From contig CAWDBP010000006.1 of NCBI GenBank assembly GCA_963800585.1, forward strand, positions 219,400-283,399: a stretch of 64,000 nucleotides of DNA, given 5' to 3'. The position numbers and the translations under genes were made by a program. The notes under the pieces are model-generated. The model did no database searches. It worked only from the letters and a program-made list of their open reading frames with translations, and was not told the origin of the DNA. Shown here in pieces: positions 1-10,076 of this stretch (the stretch's first letter is position 1; the number at the start of each line of letters is the position of its first letter). Origin of the DNA: an uncultured Bacteroidales bacterium. Lineage in GTDB: Bacteria > Bacteroidota > Bacteroidia > Bacteroidales > FEN-979.

Positions 1-1773
1 ATGACTGGGCTCATTTCCATGGGCGTACTGACCGATCATTCCGCTGATATCCGATTGGTCACGGCCGGTAGTTTTGGAGTCAGCAGAGAACATAGCGTCG
101 AGTTTCTGTGCAAATTTTTCCTTTCCGCCGTATAATGAAATGAATCCATCCATATCCTGGGGAACATAAAAGCTGTACTGCCACGCATTGGCTTCGGTAT
201 AATTGAAATTGACTTCAGCAGGATCAAAAGGGGAGAACCAGGTGTTGTTCATCTTGGCACGCATAAAACCAGTAGAAGGATCGAAGATGTTTTTATAATA
301 CTGTGCGCGCTGAATATACGTTTTATAATCATCGTCCTTTCCAAGTGACTTTGCCATCTGTGCAATACACCAGTCATCATAGGCGTATTCCAGTGTCCTG
401 GAAACCGATTCACTTTCTTTATCTCCCGGAATAAATCCCTGTGACCGGTAATATTTTAACCCGAACCGGTCCTGTTCTGCACTGTGTTTCATGGCTTCCA
501 GTGCTTCATCGGAATCAAAATCCTGGATTCCTTTCAAATAGGCATCAACTATAACCGGGACCGAGTGATACCCTATCATGCATTCTGTTTCATTTCCAGA
601 CAGTTCCCAAACCGGCAGCATTCCTCCTTCTTCATATTGACGGAGGAACGTCCGGATAAAATCATTGTCACGTTCCGGCTCGGTCAATGTGTAAAGAGGA
701 TGGGCTGCCCGGAATGTATCCCACAAAGAAAAAACAGTATAATAATTGAAATTTTCTGCATGGTGAACCTGCAAATCACGTCCCCGGTAATTCCCATCAA
801 CATCCATATAAAGGTTTGGTGTGAGAAAGGCATGATATAATGCCGTATAAAAAATAGTTTTTTGTTCCTGTGTGCCACCTTCGACATCGATCTTGCCAAG
901 TTCATTATTCCAGGCTGACGATGCATCTTTCACCGCTTTATCAAAATCCCATCCGGGGATTTCTTCATCCAGGTTTTTTCTGGCACCATCGCAATTCACG
1001 GCGGATATGCCAACCTTTACCAGGATCTTCTCATTCTCACCGGTCGGAAAAGAAAAGCATGAAATGATGGTATCATAGTTGATCTCTTTTCCAACAGAAA
1101 TAGTCTGACCTGGATTGTTGATCCTGTATGAGCTAAAGGGTTTTGAGAATCGTGCTACAAAATAAACGATCTGCCTTTTTGCCCATGCCTGTGAAACCCG
1201 CATACCCTCAACTTCAGTATTAGAGACTATCCGTAAGGATGATTCGATGACCTTGTCCCGGTGCTTCAGATCGATTACAATCCCCGCATTCTTCGTTGCA
1301 GGAAATGTATACCGGTGAAAGCCGGTTCTTTTGGTTGCCGTAAGTTCGGCGTTTATCTGATACTTGTCCAGGTAAACTTTATAGTAACCGGCTTTTGCTT
1401 CTTCTCCCTGTGCATTCGGATGAAATCCTGAACGGTAACCATAATTTGCCAGGCTCACATCTCCGGTAACGGGCATGACCAGGATATCTCCATAGTCTGA
1501 ACATCCTGTTCCACTCAGATGTGTATGGCTGAAACCGTATATCACAGTATCCGTCCCGTAATAGGCAGAGCAGGCATCCCATCCGTCAAGACGGGTGTCG
1601 GGACTAAGCTGCACCATCCCGAATGGGACGCTTGCACCGGGAAATGTGTGTCCATGCCCTCCTGTACCGAGCAATGGATTTACATAATCGGTCAATGGCC
1701 TGTTTTGCTGGCAAAAGGAGCTCGCAGTCAGGAACAGGAAAATTACCAGGAAACGGATTCTTGTTTTCTTCAT
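1..1773 (-). CDS. GH92 family alpha-mannosidase, N-terminal 591 codons (C-terminus lies beyond the left window edge)
   Basis: Absent from the ORF track because it is open at position 1. Reverse-strand reading from the ATG at 1773 gives MKKTRIRFLVIFLFLTASSFCQQ (signal peptide), then NPLLGTGGHGHTFPGASVPFGMVQLSPDT. At the window edge it reads GMIGQYAHGNEPSH. Both are hallmark GH92 motifs. Confidence 0.9.
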   Translation of the reverse strand, partial: MKKTRIRFLVIFLFLTASSFCQQNRPLTDYVNPLLGTGGHGHTFPGASVPFGMVQLSPDTRLDGWDACSAYYGTDTVIYGFSHTHLSGTGCSDYGDILVMPVTGDVSLANYGYRSGFHPNAQGEEAKAGYYKVYLDKYQINAELTATKRTGFHRYTFPATKNAGIVIDLKHRDKVIESSLRIVSNTEVEGMRVSQAWAKRQIVYFVARFSKPFSSYRINNPGQTISVGKEINYDTIISCFSFPTGENEKILVKVGISAVNCDGARKNLDEEIPGWDFDKAVKDASSAWNNELGKIDVEGGTQEQKTIFYTALYHAFLTPNLYMDVDGNYRGRDLQVHHAENFNYYTVFSLWDTFRAAHPLYTLTEPERDNDFIRTFLRQYEEGGMLPVWELSGNETECMIGYHSVPVIVDAYLKGIQDFDSDEALEAMKHSAEQDRFGLKYYRSQGFIPGDKESESVSRTLEYAYDDWCIAQMAKSLGKDDDYKTYIQRAQYYKNIFDPSTGFMRAKMNNTWFSPFDPAEVNFNYTEANAWQYSFYVPQDMDGFISLYGGKEKFAQKLDAMFSADSKTTGRDQSDISGMIGQYAHGNEPSH

Positions 1774-1784
1774 AATTAGAAGGA

Positions 1785-2645
1785 TCAGTGATTTGGGACT
1801 TCAAGTTCTGTAGATACCGGCATGTGGTCGGAAGGGTATTTATCTTTTTTATGGAAGGTCACAACGCGATGCCATACAACTTTGGTAGTTCCTTGATTCT
1901 TAAGAAAAATATAATCACACAGGTCTCCCCGTTTAGGATTAAAGGGGAAATTAATAAAGGAATAATCCGGGCCTTCAGGCGGGGCAGATGAAAGAACCCG
2001 GGTATTCATGATCGCTCCCGTACCTGATGTCAGTATTTTAATCGGTATGCTGTTTAAAGTGTCATTGAAATCGCCCGTTATGATGGCAAATGTTTTTCCT
2101 GCGATCTCTGATACTTTTTTCTTTAACAGTTTAGCGCTTTCCTCCCGCGCCTCCGGACTGGCGTTATCAAAATGTGTATTGAAAACGAAAATCACATTGT
2201 TGCTCTTGTTATCCTTCAGCTTCAGCCATGTCACAATCCGCGTACAGCCCGTATTCCATGAGCGTGACCCGGGCACAGATGGCGTTTCCGAGAGCCAGAA
2301 ATTCGATCCGTCCAATTTTGTAAATCGGCTTGTCCGGTAAAAGATCACTGAATATTCGCCTTTCTCCTTTCCATCGTCCCTGCCAACTCCCCAATGGGAG
2401 AAGTCAGGCAGGATCTCCTGTAACCCGTCAACCTGGCTCTTCAGAGCCTCCTGAAAGCCCAGGATATCAGGTCCTTCCTGCTGCAAAAGTTCTTTCACAA
2501 GAGGCACCCTGTTTTTCCATGAATAATCCCCGTCATTGGGGTTATCATAACGGATATTAAACGTCATTACCTGCAAGCCTGACTTTTGTCCGGCGACAAA
2601 AAGTGCAAAACAGGAAAATACCAAGAGCACAATTAGTTTTCTCAT
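1785..2645 (-). CDS. Endonuclease/exonuclease/phosphatase (EEP) family protein, secreted
   Basis: 286-aa ORF with a signal peptide. Motifs MTFNIRYDN, GFQEA, NTHFD, GDFN and SDHMPV are typical of the EEP fold. Confidence 0.85.
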   Translation of the reverse strand: MRKLIVLLVFSCFALFVAGQKSGLQVMTFNIRYDNPNDGDYSWKNRVPLVKELLQQEGPDILGFQEALKSQVDGLQEILPDFSHWGVGRDDGKEKGEYSVIFYRTSRFTKLDGSNFWLSETPSVPGSRSWNTGCTRIVTWLKLKDNKSNNVIFVFNTHFDNASPEAREESAKLLKKKVSEIAGKTFAIITGDFNDTLNSIPIKILTSGTGAIMNTRVLSSAPPEGPDYSFINFPFNPKRGDLCDYIFLKNQGTTKVVWHRVVTFHKKDKYPSDHMPVSTELEVPNH

Positions 2646-2680
2646 ATATGGTGTTTTATTTACGATTTTGATCTTCTGAA

Positions 2681-2717
2681 CCTCCCCTCCCTCTTGGGGG
2701 AGGGGCCGGGGGTGGGG
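2681..2717 (+). repeat. C-run/G-run module (CCTCCCCTCCCTCTT GGGGGAGGGGCCGGGGGTGGGG)
   Basis: The C-rich arm can pair with the first G-runs. It is followed by four G4-5 runs. The same module recurs at 33250-33360 and 46943-46977. Confidence 0.85.
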
Positions 2718-2737
2718 TTCTTAAAGGTTTATTACAA

Positions 2738-5260
2738 TCAATAAGTGTTAGCTAATGTCATTATTTTTAATGTTTCTGCGAAGCTACTCGTTTTGTTGCT
2801 GGTACTAAATGATATTGTCCGGGCTTCACCCGGCAGCAGATCAAAGAAATTATCCGAAAAGGTTCCCTTCAGGCTGGCTTCAAGGCAAACATTCTTTGCT
2901 AGCTGATCCGTAGATAAGGTGATCAGGTAACCTTCCGGGGTCTTTTGTATTGATTTGGTGATAAGTGGTTTCTGCAGGAGTATATCCTTTACCGGACTGA
3001 AATAGAAATTGTTTTGGGCAAGGGTCTTTTTTCCGGAAGTTAACTGTGCAGTAAAGACCACTTGTTTTGGGTCCTTGCCAGCTAAAAGTTTATCTAAAGG
3101 CAACTCGACAAAGGAATTGGAAGAGTTTGATGGTATATCGATCATCTGTGTCGTATCAAGAAACGATTTTCCTTTAAAATCCCTGAGGCTGATGCGCAAA
3201 GCAAGCCTGCAATCCTTAAGACTGTCGGAAACGATATAAACCATCAGCTTCCCGTCTTTGACCACTGGCGAAACCAGGAAGGTGGAATATTCTTTTTTAA
3301 CAAAATAATGAAGTGCTTTTTCATTGCCGTAATAATCCCTCGACGACCACGAAACCACCGGCCAGCAATCATTAAGTTGCCAGTAAAGGGTTCCCATACA
3401 ATAAGGCTTTGCCCTGCGGTGGGCCTCGATGGCCGTACTGATCCCTTCTGCCTGGAGAAGCTGGCTTACATAAACATAGGATTTGAAATCCTTTGGGCGG
3501 TTATAATCCCTTAGCATGTACTCATCAATGATCTCATACCCTACCGGATGTTTTTGGTGCACTTTCATCACCGGGGAGCCCAACTGACGATCGGCGGGAA
3601 GAGTGAATTTCCTGATCGATGCCAGAGAAGGAAATCCCTGGAATCCGTATTCACTCATAAAACGTCCGGTTTTTTGATTATAGGATGAGAAAGGCTCTTT
3701 CCCCCACCATACGCCCCAATAGTGCATGTCTCCTTGTTTTGTGCTCTCCGGATGTCCCCATCCGAAGAGGGGAGAAGAAGGAATATAGGGGCGAAGGGAA
3801 TCGTATTTTGCGATAACAGTGGGCAGGGTGCCACCGAAGATACCCAGGTAGTTTCTCCATACCTCGGCCGAATCCTTTGCCGTATACCCATATTGTTTCT
3901 GCCATCCCCAGTTCTTCCATCCTTCATCAATTTCATTGTTGCCGCACCAGAGCGCAATACAGGGATGATTTCTCAGCCTGACGACATTTTGCATGGCTTC
4001 AACCTGGACATTCCTGATAAAATCTTTGTCCTCCGGGTACATGGCACAGGCAAACATAAAATCCTGCCACACCAGGATCCCGTTCTGATCACACAGATCA
4101 TAGAAAATATCCTTTTCATAGATGCCTCCGCCCCAAACACGAAGCATGTTCATATTTGCCGCTTTAACAGAGGCTATCAATGCCCTGTAGGTTGAATCCT
4201 TGACTCTTGCAGGAAAGTTATCCTGAGGAATGTAATCGGCCCCTTTCATGAACACGGGAACGCCATTCACCACAAACTGAAAGTTGCTCCCGGCCGTATC
4301 AATGTCCTCCTGGAGTTTTATACTTCGTATGCCCAAATTCTCAGTTCCTTCCGCTACAAGTTTTCCGGCAAAATGAATTTTATAATGGATCGGATAGAGG
4401 TAAGGTTCACCAAGTCCGTTTGGCCACCAGAGATGTGGATTCCGAATCTGAAAATCAACTTTTGCCTGGTTGACCCCGTATTTGACAGTTGCATATTTCT
4501 CAGCCAATACCTTATCCTTGATATCGAGCTGAATTAAGGCTGAATCGGGAACTGCAGCATGAAATGTGAAAACAGCAGTGATATCCGCCACTGAATCGGT
4601 CACGTTCTTTTGAATATACCTGACTCCCATGAAATTTACAAAGTCCCAGCAACGGATGTAAACCGGCCGCCAGATGCCACTCGTGATCAGCGTAGGGCCC
4701 CAATCCCAGCCAAATTCATAGGCGGCTTTCCTGCAAACAACTTTCTCATCTCCGGGCAGCTTGTGTTTCAGGAATTCATAGCGACGCTTGTTCTCTGCTG
4801 TAACTGAGGGAAACTGGATCCTCAGCTGGTTGGGCCCGATTTTTAACAACGGTTGAATATCTGCCTCCCATTCCCTGAACATGTTATCAGCAACAATGAC
4901 CAGGTGATCATTAAGATAGACATTTGCGTAAGTATCAAGACCTTCACAAACAAGTTCAATATGCGGATGACGGAAAAGGGTATCTGAAATCATAAAAGTT
5001 TTTTCGTATTCCCACCCTATACCACTGATCCATTGTACTCTGTTTTCATTGTCACCGAAAAACGGATTGGGTATAAGGTTGTCTCTCAACAGGTCCGTAT
5101 GAACACATCCCGGTACTTTAGCATCAACCCAATCGTGGGTACCTGCTCTGCGCAATTTCCATTTTCCACCCAGGTCAATCGTTTTCAGATTTTGCGAAAA
5201 AAGGACAATAGAGATAAAAAAGAAGAACAGTATAAAAGTTGAATTCCGGTAACTTCTCAT
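2738..5260 (-). CDS. Beta-mannosidase, GH2
   Basis: 840 aa. Close motif-by-motif match to recalled Bacteroides BtMan2A: YEFGWDWGP, MNMLRVWGGGIYE, ILVWQDFMFACAMYP, WCGNNEI, FMSEYGFQGFPS, CMGTLYWQLNDCWPVVSWSS, SDNFFDLLPGE. Confidence 0.92.
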   Translation of the reverse strand: MRSYRNSTFILFFFFISIVLFSQNLKTIDLGGKWKLRRAGTHDWVDAKVPGCVHTDLLRDNLIPNPFFGDNENRVQWISGIGWEYEKTFMISDTLFRHPHIELVCEGLDTYANVYLNDHLVIVADNMFREWEADIQPLLKIGPNQLRIQFPSVTAENKRRYEFLKHKLPGDEKVVCRKAAYEFGWDWGPTLITSGIWRPVYIRCWDFVNFMGVRYIQKNVTDSVADITAVFTFHAAVPDSALIQLDIKDKVLAEKYATVKYGVNQAKVDFQIRNPHLWWPNGLGEPYLYPIHYKIHFAGKLVAEGTENLGIRSIKLQEDIDTAGSNFQFVVNGVPVFMKGADYIPQDNFPARVKDSTYRALIASVKAANMNMLRVWGGGIYEKDIFYDLCDQNGILVWQDFMFACAMYPEDKDFIRNVQVEAMQNVVRLRNHPCIALWCGNNEIDEGWKNWGWQKQYGYTAKDSAEVWRNYLGIFGGTLPTVIAKYDSLRPYIPSSPLFGWGHPESTKQGDMHYWGVWWGKEPFSSYNQKTGRFMSEYGFQGFPSLASIRKFTLPADRQLGSPVMKVHQKHPVGYEIIDEYMLRDYNRPKDFKSYVYVSQLLQAEGISTAIEAHRRAKPYCMGTLYWQLNDCWPVVSWSSRDYYGNEKALHYFVKKEYSTFLVSPVVKDGKLMVYIVSDSLKDCRLALRISLRDFKGKSFLDTTQMIDIPSNSSNSFVELPLDKLLAGKDPKQVVFTAQLTSGKKTLAQNNFYFSPVKDILLQKPLITKSIQKTPEGYLITLSTDQLAKNVCLEASLKGTFSDNFFDLLPGEARTISFSTSNKTSSFAETLKIMTLANTY

Positions 5261-5353
5261 AGTTGGATAGATCAGGGATTATACTGGCAAAAATACCATT
5301 TTTCCCCGAACTAAAGCTCCTTATCGTAACGCAGAGTGACATCATGAACTATG

Positions 5354-5418
5354 TTTTACCATCTTACCATTTTACCATTTTTTCCTCGTCACGCGTCATG
5401 CGTCACGAACTTTGTGAC
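5354..5418 (+). repeat. TACCATTT 8-mer array followed by a CGTCACGCGTCATGCGTCACGA word array
   Basis: Direct reading. The motif CCATTTTTT..CGTCACGCGTCA(C/T)G recurs at 33227-33302, 37743-37776 and 46910-46940. Confidence 0.85.
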
Positions 5419-5493
5419 TTATTTCTAACAAGCTAAAGAAAAGTCCTGAATTTTATCGTAACTTCGAATCATTATTTATAACTATCCCTGACT

Positions 5494-6663
5494 ATGAATG
5501 AAATAGAAACCCTCAGACAAACATTTAATGATCTTTACAGACCCGATGGAGGTGAGCCGGTACTCTTTTTCGCTCCCGGGCGAGTTAACCTGATTGGCGA
5601 GCATACCGACTACAACGGTGGCTTTGTTTTTCCATGCGCTATACAATATGGAACCTATCTGCTCGTAAGGGGAACGGATGACAACCAGATCAAACTTGCC
5701 TCAATAAATAACCAGGAGAAAGCAGTTATTGATATCGCTGACCATTTTTCAAGACATGAGGTTCGCTGGTTTAACTATCCGCTTGGTGTTTTTGAGCAAT
5801 TTGTCAAAAAGGGAATTCCAATGAAAGGCATGGAACTTCTGTTTTATGGAGATATCCCGAACAATGCAGGCCTCTCTTCTTCAGCCTCTATCGAAGTCGT
5901 CACGGCATTTGCTTTGAACCATCTTTTAAACGGCGGCTTGGATATGATTGAATTGGTGAAGATGTCACAAAAAGCAGAACAGGAATTCGCCGGGGTCAAT
6001 TGTGGCATTATGGATCAGTTTGCAGTTGGAATGGGTAAAGCCAATCATGCCATCTTTCTGAACTGCAATACGCTTGAGTATAAACTCGTTCCCATTCCGC
6101 TTTCAGGTTATAAACTGATCATCGCCAATACAAATAAACCAAGGAGCCTGGCCGATTCCAAATACAATGAGCGTGTTGCCGAATGTCAGTTGGCAGTTGC
6201 TTTTCTGGCTGAAAAATTCTCCATTACCAAATTAGGTGATCTTGGATTTCCCCAGTTCTTCAAATCACAAGATGTTATTCCCGATGAAGTGATCCGGGAA
6301 AGAGCTCGTCATGTAATCTCCGAGAACCAACGCGTGCTGGCTTCTGTTTCATGTTTGCTAAAGAACGACCTTCCACAATTCGGCGTTCTGATGAATGCAT
6401 CTCACGATTCACTGAGGGATAATTATGAAGTGACAGGTTTCGAACTGGATACCCTTGTCGAAGAGTCAAGGAAAATAAAAGGAGTCCTGGGATCAAGAAT
6501 GACCGGCGCTGGGTTTGGAGGATGTACCGTCAGCCTGGTCAGGGAAGATGCAATTCCTGTCTTTATAAAGGAAGTCGGGAAGGAATACAAGAAAAAGACC
6601 GGATTGACTGCGGATTTTTATGTTGCAGAAATCGGGGACGGAGTTAAACTAATGAATGATTAA
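5494..6663 (+). CDS. galK: Galactokinase
   Basis: 389 aa. Galactokinase signature GRVNLIGEHTDYNGG plus GHMP kinase motifs PNNAGLSSSAS and GAGFGGC. Confidence 0.95.
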   Translation: MNEIETLRQTFNDLYRPDGGEPVLFFAPGRVNLIGEHTDYNGGFVFPCAIQYGTYLLVRGTDDNQIKLASINNQEKAVIDIADHFSRHEVRWFNYPLGVFEQFVKKGIPMKGMELLFYGDIPNNAGLSSSASIEVVTAFALNHLLNGGLDMIELVKMSQKAEQEFAGVNCGIMDQFAVGMGKANHAIFLNCNTLEYKLVPIPLSGYKLIIANTNKPRSLADSKYNERVAECQLAVAFLAEKFSITKLGDLGFPQFFKSQDVIPDEVIRERARHVISENQRVLASVSCLLKNDLPQFGVLMNASHDSLRDNYEVTGFELDTLVEESRKIKGVLGSRMTGAGFGGCTVSLVREDAIPVFIKEVGKEYKKKTGLTADFYVAEIGDGVKLMND

Positions 6664-6671
6664 AAAATGAA

Positions 6672-6790
6672 TCCATTTCGAAGCCCCATTATAAAATTGT
6701 ACAATCAATATATGAAGAAGCAAAAAGTTCAATTTCAACAATATACTTCTTAGCGCTTTTTAGCGTCTTAGCGCCTTTGCGGTAAAAGAA
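6672..6790 (+). repeat. Mosaic TTAGCG element, copy 1
   Basis: TCCATTTCGAAGCCCCATTATAAAATTGTACAATC ... CAAAAAGTTCAATTTCAACAATATACTTCTTAGCGCTTTTTAGCGTCTTAGCGCCTTTGCGGTAAAAG. Confidence 0.9.
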
Positions 6791-6850
6791 ACTTTCAAAT
6801 TAGACTAAGGAATGAATAATGAAAAATGAATTTGATAAAAAATCAAAGTT

Positions 6851-7702
6851 ATGGCAGCAAAGAATAAAAAACATAAGAACAAAAAAGCGGAAGTCATCAC
6901 AGAAGACATTCCCCAGGAACATAAAGAAAAGTTGTCATTAACGTTTTACCTGGAAGAGCTGAAAAAACTTCAGATCGAACAAGTGAAGCTTCAGGAGTGG
7001 ATAAAGCATAAAGGATTGAGGGTGGTTGTTATTTTTGAAGGTCGCGATGCTGCCGGCAAGGGTGGTGCAATCAAAAGGATGACTGAGTGCCTGAATCCGC
7101 GTGTTTGCCGGGTAGTTGCACTCGGAATCCCCACCGAACGTGAAAAAACGCAATGGTATTTTCAACGCTATGTCGATCAGCTTCCTGCCGCAGGAGAAAT
7201 TGTGCTGTTCGACCGTAGCTGGTACAACCGGGCCGGGGTGGAACGCGTAAATGGATTTTGTACCGAAGATGAATATTGGGATTTCCTGAAGTCCTGTCCT
7301 AACTTTGAATCGATGCTGATCCAGTCGGGCATCATCCTGATCAAATACTGGTTTTCAGTGAGTGATATGGAACAGGAACGCAGGTTCAAAGAACGGATCA
7401 AAGATCCTACAAAACGCTGGAAGATCAGCCAGATGGATATGGCAGCGCGGACAAAATGGGTGGAATATTCGAAAGCCAAAGACGAGATGTTTGCCTATAC
7501 CGATACGAAGGAGTCGCCCTGGTACGTCGTGGAAGGCGACGATAAACGCCGCGCCCGCCTTAATTTTATTAGCCATCTGCTTGGCCTGATACCCTATAAA
7601 AAAGTTCCAAAAGAAAAGATCGTACTTCCTCCCCTCGAAAAAGATGAAACCTATGTCAGGCCACCGATGTCGAAGCAGAAATTCGTCCCCGAGAAGTACT
7701 AA
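6851..7702 (+). CDS. ppk2: Polyphosphate kinase 2 family protein
   Basis: 283 aa. FEGRDAAGKGG Walker-A-like motif, FDRSWYNR, and KISQMD/WY motifs typical of PPK2. Confidence 0.9.
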   Translation: MAAKNKKHKNKKAEVITEDIPQEHKEKLSLTFYLEELKKLQIEQVKLQEWIKHKGLRVVVIFEGRDAAGKGGAIKRMTECLNPRVCRVVALGIPTEREKTQWYFQRYVDQLPAAGEIVLFDRSWYNRAGVERVNGFCTEDEYWDFLKSCPNFESMLIQSGIILIKYWFSVSDMEQERRFKERIKDPTKRWKISQMDMAARTKWVEYSKAKDEMFAYTDTKESPWYVVEGDDKRRARLNFISHLLGLIPYKKVPKEKIVLPPLEKDETYVRPPMSKQKFVPEKY

Positions 7703-7706
7703 TTAA

Positions 7707-8897
7707 TTAAAAATGAGAAATTGTTGATTTTTTCTGTAGAACTTTCTTGAATTTGTACACAGTAATCTCCTTAAATTTCTCGCCGGGTCTTAAAATGGTA
7801 TTTGGAAATTTAGGCTGGTTGGGTGAATCGGGAAAATGCTGAGTCTCAAGGCACAACCCGTAATGCTGTTTGTAAACCTTGTCGCCCTTGCCTTTAATTG
7901 TTCCATCAAGAAAATTACCGGTATAGAATTGAACGCCGGGCTGGGTAGTAAAAACGTTGACTTCTCTTCCTGAAACAGGTTCGTCGATAGTTGCAGCCAG
8001 TTTTAATTCCTTCTCTTTCTTTATCAAAACATAGTTGTGATCATATCCCCCTTTAACCATATTTATCAGCTCACCGATCCTGCGCATTTTCCTGAAATCC
8101 ATCGCGGTCCCGACTACCTTTCTGAGTTCTCCTGTCGGGATAAGTTCATCATTAACCACTGTATACCTGTCGGCATTGATTAATAACTGGTGACCGAGAA
8201 TGTCTGTATTTGCTCCCGTGAGATTAAAATAGGTATGATTACAAAGATTTACAGGCGTGGGTTTCTCTGTCAGGGCCTCGATCGTCATCCTTAATTCATC
8301 TGAATTATCCAGTAAATAGGTGACGGTGACGGTCAGGTTGCCGGGATAACCTTCTTCGCCATCCTTGCTTTTATAGGTCAGGATCAGCCCTGTACCTGTT
8401 GAATCGTCTATTTCCTGTACATCCCAAACTACCTTGTCAAATCCTTTAATTCCACCATGTAAACTGTTGTTCCCATTGTTGATGGCCAGTTTGTACACTC
8501 TGTTGTCAAGCACAAATGTACCCTTTGCAATCCGGTTGGCATACCTTCCCACGATAGCGCCGAAATAGGGGGTAACAGTAAGGTATCCTTTCAAACTATC
8601 ATATCCGAGAACAATATCTCCCATGTTCCCTTTCAAATCAGGAGTAAGGATAGAAGTTATAATTCCCCCGTAATTTGTGATCTTTACAACAATCCCGTTT
8701 TTATTATTCAGGGTGTAAAGAAAAACATCCTTGTTATCTACTTTCCCCCAATTCTCTCGCATTAGGGTGGTCTTTACTGGTTTTGCTGGTTCATTCATTG
8801 GGATTTCCTTTTTTACCGGCCTGTTTTCACAAGACTGAAACAAAAATACAGGGAAAGCAAGTATAATGACAGTCTGAATTATTTTTTTCATGTTCAT
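7707..8897 (-). CDS. galM: Aldose 1-epimerase (galactose mutarotase), secreted/lipoprotein
   Basis: 396 aa. Motifs GRYANRI, NSLHGG, NLCNHTYFNL, YDHNY and CLETQHFPDSPN are characteristic of mutarotases. Lies in a galK neighbourhood. Confidence 0.9.
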   Translation of the reverse strand: MNMKKIIQTVIILAFPVFLFQSCENRPVKKEIPMNEPAKPVKTTLMRENWGKVDNKDVFLYTLNNKNGIVVKITNYGGIITSILTPDLKGNMGDIVLGYDSLKGYLTVTPYFGAIVGRYANRIAKGTFVLDNRVYKLAINNGNNSLHGGIKGFDKVVWDVQEIDDSTGTGLILTYKSKDGEEGYPGNLTVTVTYLLDNSDELRMTIEALTEKPTPVNLCNHTYFNLTGANTDILGHQLLINADRYTVVNDELIPTGELRKVVGTAMDFRKMRRIGELINMVKGGYDHNYVLIKKEKELKLAATIDEPVSGREVNVFTTQPGVQFYTGNFLDGTIKGKGDKVYKQHYGLCLETQHFPDSPNQPKFPNTILRPGEKFKEITVYKFKKVLQKKSTISHF

Positions 8898-9030
8898 CTG
8901 ATTATCAAAGCAAACGTAAGGTAAATTGAAGAATCTGCCAAACTCTCAACAAAAAAAAACGTTTCATTCAACGGAAACTTTCTACTTTTGGGGACTTTTT
9001 AAAAAGCCAGATTAAGATAATTTAATCTTT

Positions 9031-9153
9031 AAGTCCACACCGAAAACCCATTCTGAAATTGTACTATCATGATAAAAAGATACAGAAAGTTTACTTTCAA
9101 CCTTATACTTCTTAGCGCTTTTTAGCGTCTTAGCGTCTTAGCGGTAAAAAAAG
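9031..9153 (+). repeat. Mosaic TTAGCG element, copy 2
   Basis: AAGTCCACACCGAAAACCCATTCTGAAATTGTACTATC ... TTCTTAGCGCTTTTTAGCGTCTTAGCGTCTTAGCGGTAAAAAAAG. Confidence 0.9.
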
Positions 9154-9183
9154 AGTTTTGTTGTCAACTTTAATTACAAAGTA

Positions 9184-10011
9184 TTGAAACTTAAAGACAA
9201 AAATATACTCATTACGGGAGCATCCGGTGGAATCGGCGAAGCAGTGGCCCTTGCATTCGGCCATGAAGGTGCAAAAGTCGTACTCGTTGCCCGCAGAAAA
9301 GAAAAACTTGAAGCTATAGCTTCAAGGTTGCAGGATGCTTATGTTATTGAAGCCGACCTTAGTGATCCTTCAGCAGCCATCAGCATGATCGATGAAACCG
9401 TGAAAAGATATGGCCGCCTGGATATCCTTATCAACAATGCCGCCTGTATTATAGTTTCACGCTCAGAGAATGTTTTGCCTGACGACCTGATGCTGGCATT
9501 TCGTACAAACCTGGTTGCCCCTGTCGTTGCATCGCAAACTGCATTGAAATATTTCAGCAAACAAGGCAACGGACACATCATCAACATTGGTTCCCCCGGC
9601 TTCATGATGGGCATCCCCTTTTACTCCCCATACGTATGCTCCAAAGCTGCATTATCCGCTTGGACAAGGACTATCCAGGCAGAATGGACAGGAACAGGAA
9701 TCCACATAAGTGAATATTTCCCCGGATATATTAAAACAAATTCCAAACCGGAATCAAGAATAGGGGAGATCCCCCAGGACTTCCTGATGTCCGATAAACA
9801 AAACTTCCTGACAAAGGTATTTGCAAAACCCAAAACGGCAGAAGATGTAGCAAAAGACATCATTAAGCTTGCCCTTAAACCCAAACCGTTGATGCATTCA
9901 GGAACAGGAGTAAAAATTGGAACCTTCATCTCAAACATCCCATCCTTCCGGCTATCTATCGCCCGACAAATGGCAACAACCGCAGAAAAAGAATTAAAAA
10001 TTAAAAATTGA
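9184..10011 (+). CDS. SDR family oxidoreductase
   Basis: 275 aa, TTG start. Has TGASGGIG, NNAA and YxxxK (YVCSK). Confidence 0.85.
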   Translation: MKLKDKNILITGASGGIGEAVALAFGHEGAKVVLVARRKEKLEAIASRLQDAYVIEADLSDPSAAISMIDETVKRYGRLDILINNAACIIVSRSENVLPDDLMLAFRTNLVAPVVASQTALKYFSKQGNGHIINIGSPGFMMGIPFYSPYVCSKAALSAWTRTIQAEWTGTGIHISEYFPGYIKTNSKPESRIGEIPQDFLMSDKQNFLTKVFAKPKTAEDVAKDIIKLALKPKPLMHSGTGVKIGTFISNIPSFRLSIARQMATTAEKELKIKN

Positions 10012-10076
10012 TACTTACCTTAACCCAATAACCAACTCTTAACACTTAACACTTAAAACTTAAAACTCAACACCCC

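Noticed and set aside
1-8897. The glycosidase blocks (1-8897 and 28599-42003) might be canonical polysaccharide utilization loci.
   Set aside because: No SusC/SusD pair or hybrid two-component/ECF regulator lies within the window. They may belong to larger loci beyond the edges, but that cannot be supported from this sequence.
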